IMG/VR virus record: IMGVR_UViG_3300044846_005229
Location: 215,340 to 279,339 of that record
Reading direction: 5' to 3' (one strand)
DNA: 64,000 bases
Shown: one piece after another, positions 9,138 to 18,981 of the stretch
Layout: every line of letters starts with the position of its first letter
Numbering within the stretch: the stretch's first letter is position 1
Notes under the pieces: model-generated
Told to the model about the DNA's origin: nothing
The model's input: the letters and a program-made list of their open reading frames with translations, nothing else
Database searches by the model: none
Made by a program: the position numbers and the translations under genes

Positions 9138-9845
9138 TTACTTATGGGGCTTCCCACGGAATGACACCTTAGCATCAAACCCCTTCTGTGTCAACCGGTC
9201 CTTGTCTGAAATGTCAACTGGTGGCAAACTGTCGGGGTTATCTCTGAGGGAGGTCAAAAACATAGCAATCTCCTGGTACATTTGTTCAGCAGTGAACAAG
9301 GATGCAAACCCCAGTTCCCCCAAGTTTGGTACCGTTCGATTTAGGGTTATGTGGAATGGTTCCCTAAGGTGCTTGTAGTGGGGGTCTTCCAGAATGAAAA
9401 CAGGAATTTGTAACTTTTTGGATACTTCAACGCAGGCTGAGTTTGGAACTCCAATTAGGTCTTTGATGTCTGGTTCTTTGTACCAATTTCCAGGAGATCT
9501 GCTGTAGACTAGGTCCAGGGAGGGGTGAGCCTCGGTAATTAGTTTATATTTGGGGAGATACACTCCGGGTTCATCAGACACCAGTAGGTACAACTTTCCA
9601 CATACCGAGCACCATTTGTATGCCCAGGGGAATACATCTGGGTTTCTTTTCCAGAATATGCCATCTTTTGGCGACGGTTTAGCTGGTATCCCTCCTTTCA
9701 CCCCAATAGAAAAGCATTTATCACTATACTCGTCCCTACCTTCCACGTCTCTACGAACATAAGTGTTAGCCGGATCCCCACCTTCTTGGCTATACAGGTA
9801 TTCTACATAGTCGTAGTAATCTTTGAACTTTGATAGGATTTTCAT
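9138..9845 (-). CDS. conserved phage hypothetical protein
   Basis: MKILSKFKDYYD...SDKDRLTQKGFDAKVSFR terminal motifs. Confidence 0.8.
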   Translation of the reverse strand: MKILSKFKDYYDYVEYLYSQEGGDPANTYVRRDVEGRDEYSDKCFSIGVKGGIPAKPSPKDGIFWKRNPDVFPWAYKWCSVCGKLYLLVSDEPGVYLPKYKLITEAHPSLDLVYSRSPGNWYKEPDIKDLIGVPNSACVEVSKKLQIPVFILEDPHYKHLREPFHITLNRTVPNLGELGFASLFTAEQMYQEIAMFLTSLRDNPDSLPPVDISDKDRLTQKGFDAKVSFRGKPHK

Positions 9846-10174
9846 TGTTTTTGGGGTGAAAGGTGAATGAGTTTTACTTATCCCGTAAATCAGAACAATT
9901 TTCTATGGGACCTTAAGGGTTTGCAAAATCCTCCGTATGAATAGCCAGTATAGCAAACTTGCCCAAGCTGTCGTAGGTCTGGCTAACCCATTGCATCCCA
10001 GATTGTTCAAACCACCAATCGGAGGGTAATTCACAAAGATCAGCACTAACGCCAAACTCTGTGACCAACCAGCTTTCCCTATCGTATGCCCATGGAACAT
10101 TTGAAAGCTCTGCTTTCCTGGCAATGTAAGTTCGACCGTCAGGCCCCTCAAGAAGTAGGTGCGTCATTTTTCAC

Positions 10175-10555
10175 TCAGTCCCAGTCCCCATCCAAACGTC
10201 TGCTAACCCTCCCCGCAGTTTCAGCAGCGTCTTCAATTTGGTTTCTTAAACTGATTATAATTTTGGCAATGTTCGTGTAAATCGTTACTTCATTATAACT
10301 AAGGTTGTCAAAACCGCATTCGTATTCATCATTCTCTTCAATTCCAGACCCATCAAAAAATTCTCTGAGAACCTTGTGGGTATTCCACTTATCCAGGAAC
10401 TTGTAGTAATCTTTATCCAGGAACTTGTAGTAATCTTCTCCCTTTTGGAAATCACTCCAAGCTAGACCACTGTAGTCTGGGGGACCGCACTCTGATAGGA
10501 TTTTCTTAACTTTCTTCTTTCCGGAAGAGGTCAATAATTTAGGGTCGATTTCCAT
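10175..10555 (-). CDS. hypothetical protein with internal 24-nt tandem duplication
   Basis: DYYKFLDK repeated twice. Confidence 0.7.
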   Translation of the reverse strand: MEIDPKLLTSSGKKKVKKILSECGPPDYSGLAWSDFQKGEDYYKFLDKDYYKFLDKWNTHKVLREFFDGSGIEENDEYECGFDNLSYNEVTIYTNIAKIIISLRNQIEDAAETAGRVSRRLDGDWD

Positions 10556-10579
10556 TTTTCTATTAGTGTTTGGGGTAGC

Positions 10580-10805
10580 AAGGGGACCGAAGCCCCCCGC
10601 AATGAGTCAGAATGCTATCGCTCAAACGGCGACGGCAGTCCTCTCGAATTTGACGATTTTGTTAGCGTCTATGTTGTGCTTATGCAAGCGGCTTTCGGTA
10701 ATTGGCTTGCTGTCGGTCGATTCCAGAGCGGACCCTCGAAAGGGAAATGGATCCGGGGCGATTCGAACGCCCGTGTCGCGCAGTAGTGACAACTACCTAC
10801 ACCCA
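10580..10805 (-). ncRNA. ssrA: circularly permuted (two-piece) tmRNA
   Basis: 3' acceptor/T-arm GGGCGTTCGAATCGCCCCGGATCCA (to 10748) precedes 5' acceptor GGGTCCG (10735); G3:U70 pair; tag frame 10666-10622 reads ANKIVKFERTAVAV*. Confidence 0.92.
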
Positions 10806-11323
10806 GTTTTTAGCCGTATGGTAGGGCTTTAACAATTATTACCCGTTACAGTTAAAAGTCGATGTAATCTCATACTGCCTAAGTAAGTTAAACAACTCAG
10901 TTTGAAGGTCTTCGAAGCCGCCCACAAGTTGATCCTGAGTGACCGCATAGCAAGGACCCACTTTAGAGCCAGCCCAAGGTATGATTTGTTTGTGCTCTAG
11001 AATCTTGTTCCTGTACTTAAGAAGTAGGGAGTTAATCCCGGAGGCTAGCTGAACTTTATCGGATAGAACTATTTGTTTTAACATGGTGGGGGGGGTGTTG
11101 GTTACGGTGAGGGGTGGCAATAAAAGGTGATGTTGCAGGAGGGGTTGGGTCCGGGCATCGCCTGCGGCGCCCGTCCCTGGTCGGGGGCTAACGCCCCCTC
11201 CCGAAATTTTCGGGCCATACCCCTATTGTAGCGCGTTTACTAGGGGAGGCAAGGCGGCTAACCCCCCCACAACCCAGCAAGCTGCCTGGAGTCCACCCAT
11301 TTAACATATATGGCTAGGCAGGT

Positions 11324-12892
11324 TCACCCTAGGGGGACCATCCGCCGTCTAATCCGAGTCGATGGAACTTCGATATAAGTCAAATGTTCTTTGGCTCTTG
11401 TCACTTGGACATAACATAAGTTGTTTTCTTGAATAATTTCCCAATCTTTTCTCGCCCACTTACTTGGGCTATAAGCATTCATACCTAGTGCATAAACATG
11501 ACCCCATTCTTTGCCTTTAGAGCGATGCACTGTGGACAGGGTCAAAATGGACTGGCCCTTTGACGAATCGCTATCTCCAAACAACTCTTTAATTTTATCG
11601 ATCAATACACTGATTGGATCATCCAGTTTGCATTGTTCCATCAAAACCCTTAAGGTTTCTGCTTGGTCTTCAATGTCATCGCATTTTGTATAATCCTCGT
11701 CGTCCCTGGCTTTGGCCATGGCTTTTATGTACCAGTTGGCTACTTTGGACTCTAGTTCGGACACCTCATCACAATCCCATCGGTTTATTAACTTAATTAG
11801 ACCATCTCCAATAGCCCGTCCCTCTACCCTGCATGAAATACCCTTCTTGATAAGCTTAAAAGCCAACTCAACCAGGGGCTTCGTTACTCTGCACAAGATA
11901 GCATCGCTCGGGCTAAGGTTGGGGCTCTTCAATAAATCTTCCAACTTTAGGGAATCTACAATGCCGTCAGGCGCACCATCAAATGCCTTAATGTGGGGCA
12001 CCCACCTTTGGGCCTCCTTGACAATGAGCTTTGGACAACGGAAAGTTGTTGTCAGCGGGAGATTGATGGTGTTGAATTCTTTAGCAATTAAATCCATTGC
12101 ATTGTGGTCAGCACCAGTGTACGCATTGATCGACTGATGGCTATCCCCAACAGCAATTAGACGCCCATTAGGGGCAAGCATCATCTTAATGAGCTTACGT
12201 CTTACGGGGTTAGTATCCTGTGCTTCATCTAGGAGGACCCAGTCGTATTGCTTAGATTTTAACCCCAAAAGGACTGGCCCATATACCATGTCATCGAAGT
12301 CAATTATTTTCGGGATAGCCCTATTACTTTCTTTTAGGACAGCACGAGCTTCTTTGATTCCGTCACTTAGTGATGCAAACTTAGGGAGAGCCAAATCCAG
12401 GGAAAAGTGATCAACCATGTGGTTCCAAGCCTGGGTATCATCAATGTTTGAAAAAATACCTATCCCAATTTGTTTGGCTTTTGATGCAGTATTTATGGCA
12501 AATGTGCGCAAATAAGGGTTTTTAACGACAGAGTCTGCAATTTTTTTGAGTTTTTTGTACCCGTCTAGCTCTACCCTTGGGTAAGAAGAGCGTAAAATTT
12601 TATACCCGAAACTATGAACGGTGCCAATATTAAGTCGATCCCCGATTTGCATTGGGCTAGATCTTACTTCAAGTTCTTTGACAATGGCTTTGTTATAGGC
12701 GCAAAAACCCACATCGCCCTTAGTTCGAGGGAGAACTCCAAGTAAAACCTTAGTTTTTCCTGACCCTGCCACAGCTTCAACAAGTGCAGATCCTTCACCT
12801 TTGACGGCCCATTCTGCTACTGCATACTGCTCAGGGGATGGGGTTGGCCCTTTGGTTGTGGTTGAATCGTCAGTAGGTTGGGGTATTAGCAT
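11324..12892 (-). CDS. UvrD/Rep-family SF1 helicase
   Basis: EAVAGSGKT, DFDDM, LDEAQD, VGDSHQSI, TFRCP, STVHRSKGKEW, YVQVTRAK. Confidence 0.93.
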   Translation of the reverse strand: MLIPQPTDDSTTTKGPTPSPEQYAVAEWAVKGEGSALVEAVAGSGKTKVLLGVLPRTKGDVGFCAYNKAIVKELEVRSSPMQIGDRLNIGTVHSFGYKILRSSYPRVELDGYKKLKKIADSVVKNPYLRTFAINTASKAKQIGIGIFSNIDDTQAWNHMVDHFSLDLALPKFASLSDGIKEARAVLKESNRAIPKIIDFDDMVYGPVLLGLKSKQYDWVLLDEAQDTNPVRRKLIKMMLAPNGRLIAVGDSHQSINAYTGADHNAMDLIAKEFNTINLPLTTTFRCPKLIVKEAQRWVPHIKAFDGAPDGIVDSLKLEDLLKSPNLSPSDAILCRVTKPLVELAFKLIKKGISCRVEGRAIGDGLIKLINRWDCDEVSELESKVANWYIKAMAKARDDEDYTKCDDIEDQAETLRVLMEQCKLDDPISVLIDKIKELFGDSDSSKGQSILTLSTVHRSKGKEWGHVYALGMNAYSPSKWARKDWEIIQENNLCYVQVTRAKEHLTYIEVPSTRIRRRMVPLG

Positions 12893-12953
12893 CTTGGTTG
12901 CGGTTTGGTTGCGGTTTAGTAGTTGGTTGGTAGTTGGTTTATTGCTGGGTGTG

Positions 12954-13160
12954 TCAAATTAACTTATGGCAATATGGCAATGTGGCAATGTCCCAGTGGG
13001 GATCTCCTGAAAGATCCACCCATGCGCAGTATTTGCCGTTAACTGAAACGAAGAATACTTTAGTGCCTTTCCGCTGTTCGATGTTGATGTTGGGGTTTCC
13101 ACCCATTGAATTTATCAGGCGGTTCCTGGCTTTGTTTGAGATTGGAATTGCTCGGGCCAT
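12954..13160 (-). CDS. hypothetical protein
   Basis: 68 aa ORF directly behind consensus promoter. Confidence 0.7.
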   Translation of the reverse strand: MARAIPISNKARNRLINSMGGNPNINIEQRKGTKVFFVSVNGKYCAWVDLSGDPHWDIATLPYCHKLI

Positions 13161-13183
13161 TTTCGACTTTGGAACTTACTTCT

Positions 13184-13212
13184 ATTATAGTACATGCCTG
13201 CCGTAAAGTCAA
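13184..13212 (-). promoter_or_regulatory. sigma70-type promoter
   Basis: TTGACT-17 nt-TATAAT. Confidence 0.8.
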
Positions 13213-13233
13213 TGGCCCCAAGGTTAACTACCT

Positions 13234-13719
13234 TTAGTTAAAACTAGGCTCTAGCAATAGTGCCAGCATTTCCTGAATAGTTTTGTAGACGGGGTCTTCA
13301 GGTGAGAAGGAAAACTTTTGAGTTGCTTTATTGTCGATCCATTCGCGGATGCCGGTTCCAAACTCAGTTGACCTTGCATACCAATCACATACCATCTCAG
13401 CAACATAGACTTTCGGCATGTCGTGGATGCTACCCCAGTATTCGGGGTGATGTGGGTTCACGGACTGATGATGTTTGATGACTTCAGAAAGTAAAGGGTC
13501 TGAATGAAAAAGGTGGGCAAACTCTATACCTTTGAATTTAGAATTATCATGGATTTGCCCGTTGGCAATTAGGTTGCGACCAAGCTCAATTTCACCACGC
13601 TTTATTAGTTTGAGCCCCAGCTTATAGCAGCCCCTTTGAACATTCTGAATGTGGTTAAAAACAAGTTCTATTTTGTCGATGGATTCAGTTTCGATTGTCA
13701 TTTGGGGAGTGCCTGGCAT
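13234..13719 (-). CDS. HD-like phosphohydrolase (DUF5662-like)
   Basis: H...V, HDNSKF, HH...NPHHPEYW, EMVCDW. Confidence 0.75.
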   Translation of the reverse strand: MPGTPQMTIETESIDKIELVFNHIQNVQRGCYKLGLKLIKRGEIELGRNLIANGQIHDNSKFKGIEFAHLFHSDPLLSEVIKHHQSVNPHHPEYWGSIHDMPKVYVAEMVCDWYARSTEFGTGIREWIDNKATQKFSFSPEDPVYKTIQEMLALLLEPSFN

Positions 13720-13760
13720 TCATCATTGATACCTAAGCTATTACCCTGCTTTACCGGGCT

Positions 13761-14885
13761 CTAGCAATGATAGTGATAGAATTTTTCTATGGTATCACCA
13801 CACAAATAGTTGATTAATTCGTCATCAATCGTGTTTGGTAAAACGCACTCATTTTTCATTACGTGGTCGGCTTCGTCAAATAGTCGGTTTACAATAGAAA
13901 TAAGTTCGCTATAGGTGACCCTACCATACTTAATATCAAGAAGGAACTCTGCGTCACCGACCAATTTTCTATCTACGAATAACTTACCGGCCCGCATCCC
14001 TTCAATAGCCATTTTCATAAGCCTCACGCAATGACTAGCATTCTTACCATCATACCCACAAGCCCGTTCAATTTCAGATCGCTTGACATTTCTATTCGTC
14101 AACCAATCTTGATAGTTGCCCCATCTTTTTAGGTCTGCCCGGTATTGCTGACTGGAATGAAGCAAGGCCATGTATTCATCACTTGCCCTTGTGATTTTTT
14201 GTGTTTCGTCAAAGCATTGCGTTGGCAGAACACTCTGTTTCAGAATACCTTTCCAATCAATCTGGTTGTTAAGTAGCTCATACAGCTCTGTTGAGGGTTG
14301 ATAGTATTCAATTCTATCTTTAATCAACAGATACAAATACTCAATAAACGACTCGATCTGCGACGGTGTTAAGCTCGGTGAAGGAACTCCGTAGTCTTCC
14401 CACTCTGGTTTCCTTGTTGGTGGATCCCGCAGCCATTTACGGTGAGTTTCCATCTTTTTGATTTGAGACTTTGCATACTGGACAAATGTGCCAGAGATTC
14501 TTTTGGAGATTAGTTTTGTTCGATTGTTGATCAGGGACTGCCCAAGGTAATCAAGGTAGATATAGCTATCGGGGGTCTGCCAAAGCATCTCCAGGATGTT
14601 GGGGTTTTGCGACCGTAACAGGCTGAGGTATCGCCTGATGCCATAAACTACTGAGTCGGAATTGTCTAATTCAGGAAATCTTGTCCTAAAAGTTGGTTCC
14701 CCGTCATGCACCCACCCTTTATCCTTTTGCTCAAATGTTTCTAATGTAGTATAAAATCTCCTTGGTGCAACACAGATACCTTTAAAGTCAAGGTCTGACA
14801 TTTCAGTATTTAGGCCATAGGCGTGACTACCTGACTTACAGAATAGAATCATTCCATCTTCAATTTCCTTTCGTGTAATTGTCAT
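13761..14885 (-). CDS. predicted nucleotidyltransferase (Pol-beta superfamily, RlaP/YcgL-like)
   Basis: GSHAYGLNT..SDLDFKG, NPNILEML, GYDGKNASH.VRL. Confidence 0.88.
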   Translation of the reverse strand: MTITRKEIEDGMILFCKSGSHAYGLNTEMSDLDFKGICVAPRRFYTTLETFEQKDKGWVHDGEPTFRTRFPELDNSDSVVYGIRRYLSLLRSQNPNILEMLWQTPDSYIYLDYLGQSLINNRTKLISKRISGTFVQYAKSQIKKMETHRKWLRDPPTRKPEWEDYGVPSPSLTPSQIESFIEYLYLLIKDRIEYYQPSTELYELLNNQIDWKGILKQSVLPTQCFDETQKITRASDEYMALLHSSQQYRADLKRWGNYQDWLTNRNVKRSEIERACGYDGKNASHCVRLMKMAIEGMRAGKLFVDRKLVGDAEFLLDIKYGRVTYSELISIVNRLFDEADHVMKNECVLPNTIDDELINYLCGDTIEKFYHYHC

Positions 14886-15924
14886 TTTGAGGGGGAGTCT
14901 CGTTAAGCAGGATCGTTAGCTTCTAGGAGGTACTCTGATCGGATCAAGTGCTCGTCAACTTCGTAACAAGAAAGGATAGTAATTTTGTCGTGAGGTCCAT
15001 CAGAGCCAAACTCTTCTTGTACTGCAGCCCTCAGAGCATTTACAAAGGAGTCTAAACAGTCTAAATTTCCGCAAACTCCGGTATTTGTCCTGAGGCACTG
15101 GATTTCGATGGTGGCCCTATAACGTTTGATTCTCGATGCTTCGACTGAAGCAATGTCAGCTTTTAGTTTCCGAATTTGGAGGTCGGTTAGTTGAGCTAGA
15201 TCAATCAATTCCATTGGGTTTTCACTTTTTTGTGTAATTGTCATTTTTCGTGTAATTGGTTTTAAGGTTTACCCCTTGAATGAAGAACATGACAGTAAAA
15301 CAACTAGTCATAAACCACCTGAAAAGTTCTGTGGAGTGCCCCATTTTCAACGCTTGTGAGTATGTCCCTAGAAGGAAGCAACCCGCGCCGTAAAACAACA
15401 AGCTCAAGGTACTAGGCATAGCGCCAATTTGATTTATTTAAAGGCAAAATGTAAATCATTGGGTCCATTCTCTCAAGTCCACAATTTCATACCAATCATA
15501 TTCCCGATTGGGGTCTTTGCTATCGCTAATGGTATAACATATTTTATTGCTTTTTAGGTGACCCTTCATTTTACCTGAGTTGAAGAATGTCGGATAGTCA
15601 ATATAATTAATTTTTTCTCGGGCTTCTGCCACTGATTCGTAGCACTTTATCCAATCCTGATCTCCGGCTGACGGGTAAAGGTTGTCTCCAGCAATCAGCA
15701 AATAGGGTCTATTCATAGTAACACCAAATCTTCAGGGCAGCAAGATTGGGATGTGGTCCCAGCCCAGCCCAGCCTCGATACTGCTTTGTCAAACTTTACA
15801 AATACGTTTTTGCCATTATTGGATGATACGGTGCCATGTTCAACGTCAGGGTGGTTGATTTCCCCGTGGGCGTGCCCCGGAATATAAGCCACTTTGACTC
15901 CGGGTGTTGCAAGTTTGATGTCAA

Positions 15925-16173
15925 TCATTGGTTTTTAGTGTTATTTAATTTGATTTCTAATGATAGGACTCTTAGGGTCATCTCCTCTGCCCTGGTAGCC
16001 ATCTCCTCGGCTCTGAGAGCCATGCGTTCAGCTTTGTAAGCCATTTCCTCAGCCTTGAGCGCCATTTCCTCAGCTTTGAGCAACACTTCTTCGGCATTAA
16101 GAGCCGGGGTACGTTTGTTTATGGGCGGCAATGGTTGCTTCATCCACAATGGCAGATATGCTGGGCTCCACAT
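15925..16173 (-). CDS. heptad-repeat coiled-coil protein
   Basis: six (K/R/N)AEEMAL-like repeats. Confidence 0.6.
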   Translation of the reverse strand: MWSPAYLPLWMKQPLPPINKRTPALNAEEVLLKAEEMALKAEEMAYKAERMALRAEEMATRAEEMTLRVLSLEIKLNNTKNQ

Positions 16174-16194
16174 GGGTTTAAAGGTAAGTTATAA

Positions 16195-16803
16195 TTAGTT
16201 TGAACCCAGAACGAACCGAGCGAATCGCTTCACAACGATGTTTTCTCCCACAGTAGCAGCGAAGTTCTTGGTATAAGTTTCGATAGTCATCGTGCCATCT
16301 TTGATATAAGGTTGGTCCATCAGGGACATTTCCTTAAAGCGTTTGGCTACACGACCTACAACAATTCTGCTACGCATTGCTTCTGGCTTTTTGGCAAGGT
16401 CTTCTTTGCCCATTTCGATTCGAGTCTCGTCCAATAGGATAGACTCAGGAATGTCGGATATTGAGACATAGCTTACAGAAGGGCACGCCGCAACTTGCAT
16501 TGCCAAAGTGCGAACGAACTCTTGGAATGGCCCAGATTTTGCCACAAAATCAGTTTCGCAATTCACTTCGATGAGTACACCGATCTTGCCACCTGTATGG
16601 ATATAACTGGATACAGTCCCTTCCAGGGTTGTACGGCCAATCTTTCCATCAGCTAAGACAATACCTTTTTGACGTAGCCAAGTGATTGCCCCGGCTTCGT
16701 CGCCTTGGGAGGCTTCCAGTGCTTCTTTGCAAAGCATCATGCCTGCCCCGGTTTTTTCACGGAGCGCTTTAATTTGTGGAATCGTGGGTTGGGTGTAAGT
16801 CAT
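16195..16803 (-). CDS. tsf: translation elongation factor Ts (short cyanobacterial type)
   Basis: IKALREKTGAGMMLCKEAL, EG.VSSYIHTGGKIGVLIEVNCETDFVA, LMDQPYIKD, GENIVVKRFARF. Confidence 0.96.
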   Translation of the reverse strand: MTYTQPTIPQIKALREKTGAGMMLCKEALEASQGDEAGAITWLRQKGIVLADGKIGRTTLEGTVSSYIHTGGKIGVLIEVNCETDFVAKSGPFQEFVRTLAMQVAACPSVSYVSISDIPESILLDETRIEMGKEDLAKKPEAMRSRIVVGRVAKRFKEMSLMDQPYIKDGTMTIETYTKNFAATVGENIVVKRFARFVLGSN

Positions 16804-16863
16804 TTTGTTTTAGGTACTTATTTGAAGAGTGGGGCATTGGGATCCACTTCGGTGCCTGTTAAT

Positions 16864-17202
16864 TCAAGCTGGGCAGGGACCTTCGGGTCCCTCATAGTCA
16901 TCATCACCGTAGTCATCATCTTCCCAGTCATCGTCCTCAATATAATCAAAGGGACAATACCCAGAAGATAAATCGTGGTCTTCAAAAAGCTTTACAAACG
17001 CAAGATCATCGGATACCATTGTGATTTCGCCTTCGGTTATGACACCGGAAATTTCACTGTGCTTCCCAAGGACTTCGCCAAAGTAGATTTCTTTTTGGCT
17101 GTTAATAAGTCGCTTTACTTCTTCAGGGTCAGCTACGAAGATTCCTTCGAGGCTACCCATCCGGCCGTGGTCTTGGTGAAACTTGTAGATGGCTTTATTC
17201 AT
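16864..17202 (-). CDS. conserved phage hypothetical protein
   Basis: GRMGSLEGIFVA...YFGEVLGKHSEI, acidic tail. Confidence 0.75.
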   Translation of the reverse strand: MNKAIYKFHQDHGRMGSLEGIFVADPEEVKRLINSQKEIYFGEVLGKHSEISGVITEGEITMVSDDLAFVKLFEDHDLSSGYCPFDYIEDDDWEDDDYGDDDYEGPEGPCPA

Positions 17203-17630
17203 TTGTTTGTGTATGGTGGTACTTCAACCGCTGACTGTTAGTAAGCTAATTGAATTAGATGGGGATGACTCTGACAGCAGACTGTAGAGTAAGAGGCATG
17301 TATTCATACAGGTGACGGGAATTAAGGCTTGAGTTCTCTACTCCAGCTTCTTTCCAAACATTTCCGTCCCAATAGGCCCATACACAAAAAGTGCCCAAGG
17401 AACCAGAAGTATCACCCCAAATATACCCCTTAGCCCAAATAGGGCGGCCATCTTTCGGGGCCAGTTCAATTTTAAGGAAGCAAATAGGACGCTCCTCCGA
17501 TGTTGTTTCGTGGCTTAAAGTGTCGTGTTGTTCGTCTTTCATGGAATAAGTTTAGCGTTTCTAAGTTGCAGTAACAAGCCGGAGAACCGAACCGGGCGGG
17601 AGGGTTAACCGTCGTTTTATAAAAGTCGGA

Positions 17631-18533
17631 CTAGGTAAACTTCGGTAAGTTCCGGAAGTAGGTGATTAAGTCCATTTCCTTGAACGAGGTTCGTTTAATA
17701 CTCCGGCTGGTCTTTGCGTAGGTGCCTTCGACAGCGTCGATATACATGGTGAATGTGCCGTCATTGCCCATATAGAACTTGGACCACCCTGCGTTTGTCA
17801 ACAATCTCCTAATGTTAAGTTGTTCAACGGCTAGATTGTCGAACGACAAGTGGGTCTTTCCAAGGAAAGATGGTATAGTTCGATACCATTCGGTTAGCAA
17901 CTGTTTGGTTTTGTCGCTATAGTACTGAATCCCTCGTCCGAACGTTTTGTACCCTAGGACCAAAGTTTTGCTGTTTTCCAGAGCGCTAAGATCCGACAAG
18001 ACTTCCGGGGAATGAACCCCTGCGATCACGTGGAACACAGTGTGCGGATTGTTTTCTAGAAATTGCTTGAGAAGAGGTAAGTTTGTACCTGTGACAGAAA
18101 CTCCGATTCCTTTGACCAAGCCTTTCCTACTTAGGGTACTCAAAAGAAACTCGTAGGGTTTCAAGTGTCTTTCGTTCACAGTTAGATTTGATACTAACCC
18201 CCTGTCGCGTACTTCGGTTAAAAACGGAATGAGTTCAGGATGGGAAAGCGGGTTACCACCACCTATGGCCAGCTCCACTCCTGCTGGCAAGGGCTTCAGT
18301 ATGGAAAGCAAACGGTTCAGATCCCCAGGCTTCCCCCCAAGGGTGGAATTTTCGTGACAGTAGGGGCACGCTAGATCACAAAAGTTTGTAATTTTCACGT
18401 CAATACTCTCCGGGTGTCTCGCCCACGGGGGGTTGTTGTCAAGGGTTTCTCGGATCTTAGTCCCATTCGAGCATAAGGTAACTTTGCAGTTGCCGTTTTT
18501 GTAACTGTGAAGAATTGACTCAGTAGTTGTCAT
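17631..18533 (-). CDS. radical SAM protein
   Basis: KITNFCDLACPYCHE (CxxxCxxC), AIGGGNPL, NLTVN; start reassigned to MTTTES. Confidence 0.92.
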   Translation of the reverse strand: MTTTESILHSYKNGNCKVTLCSNGTKIRETLDNNPPWARHPESIDVKITNFCDLACPYCHENSTLGGKPGDLNRLLSILKPLPAGVELAIGGGNPLSHPELIPFLTEVRDRGLVSNLTVNERHLKPYEFLLSTLSRKGLVKGIGVSVTGTNLPLLKQFLENNPHTVFHVIAGVHSPEVLSDLSALENSKTLVLGYKTFGRGIQYYSDKTKQLLTEWYRTIPSFLGKTHLSFDNLAVEQLNIRRLLTNAGWSKFYMGNDGTFTMYIDAVEGTYAKTSRSIKRTSFKEMDLITYFRNLPKFT

Positions 18534-18981
18534 TGTCGGTGTGAAGGACGCTGCGGGGGTTGAAGATAAACTGTCGCAAGAGTTCGGGGTCTTCAAACAA
18601 GTAGTCTAACTGACCTCCTTCTACAGACTGGTGGTCAATGTAGGAAGGATCTTTACCTTCCTCCCACGACGTGTTAAGGTCATATACAACACTGAAGCAA
18701 CCGGTTTGCTGTTTGATCACCGAATTTAGAACTTCCCTGTATTCCTCACTTTTCTCTCCTGCCCAAGATTCAACATAGATAGCCGCGTAATTAGCCTTAA
18801 TGTCGGCGTCAGTGTAGTCTTCAATTCCCCAACCGAATTGACCTCCGATGAGTACAACGTTTCCCTCTTCGTCCAATGGCAGGGTGCTTAGTAGATCAGT
18901 AGAGTCACCTGAGGATATACTGAGTGAGTGAGTGCTTGAGCTATTGGTCTCAAATACTGCTTGTCGAATTTGTGTAGTCAT
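18520..18981 (-). CDS. FETNSSSTHS-motif protein, overlapping the radical SAM gene
   Basis: IRQAVFETNSSSTHSLSI, YIDHQS, C-terminal TDNDN. Confidence 0.8.
   Translation of the reverse strand: MTTQIRQAVFETNSSSTHSLSISSGDSTDLLSTLPLDEEGNVVLIGGQFGWGIEDYTDADIKANYAAIYVESWAGEKSEEYREVLNSVIKQQTGCFSVVYDLNTSWEEGKDPSYIDHQSVEGGQLDYLFEDPELLRQFIFNPRSVLHTDNDNY

Noticed and set aside
16195-16803. Window being a bacterial chromosome because of tsf, nadA, ssrA and dps
   Set aside because: These genes lack their chromosomal neighbours and sit among single-strand arrays of small phage-type ORFs and virion genes.
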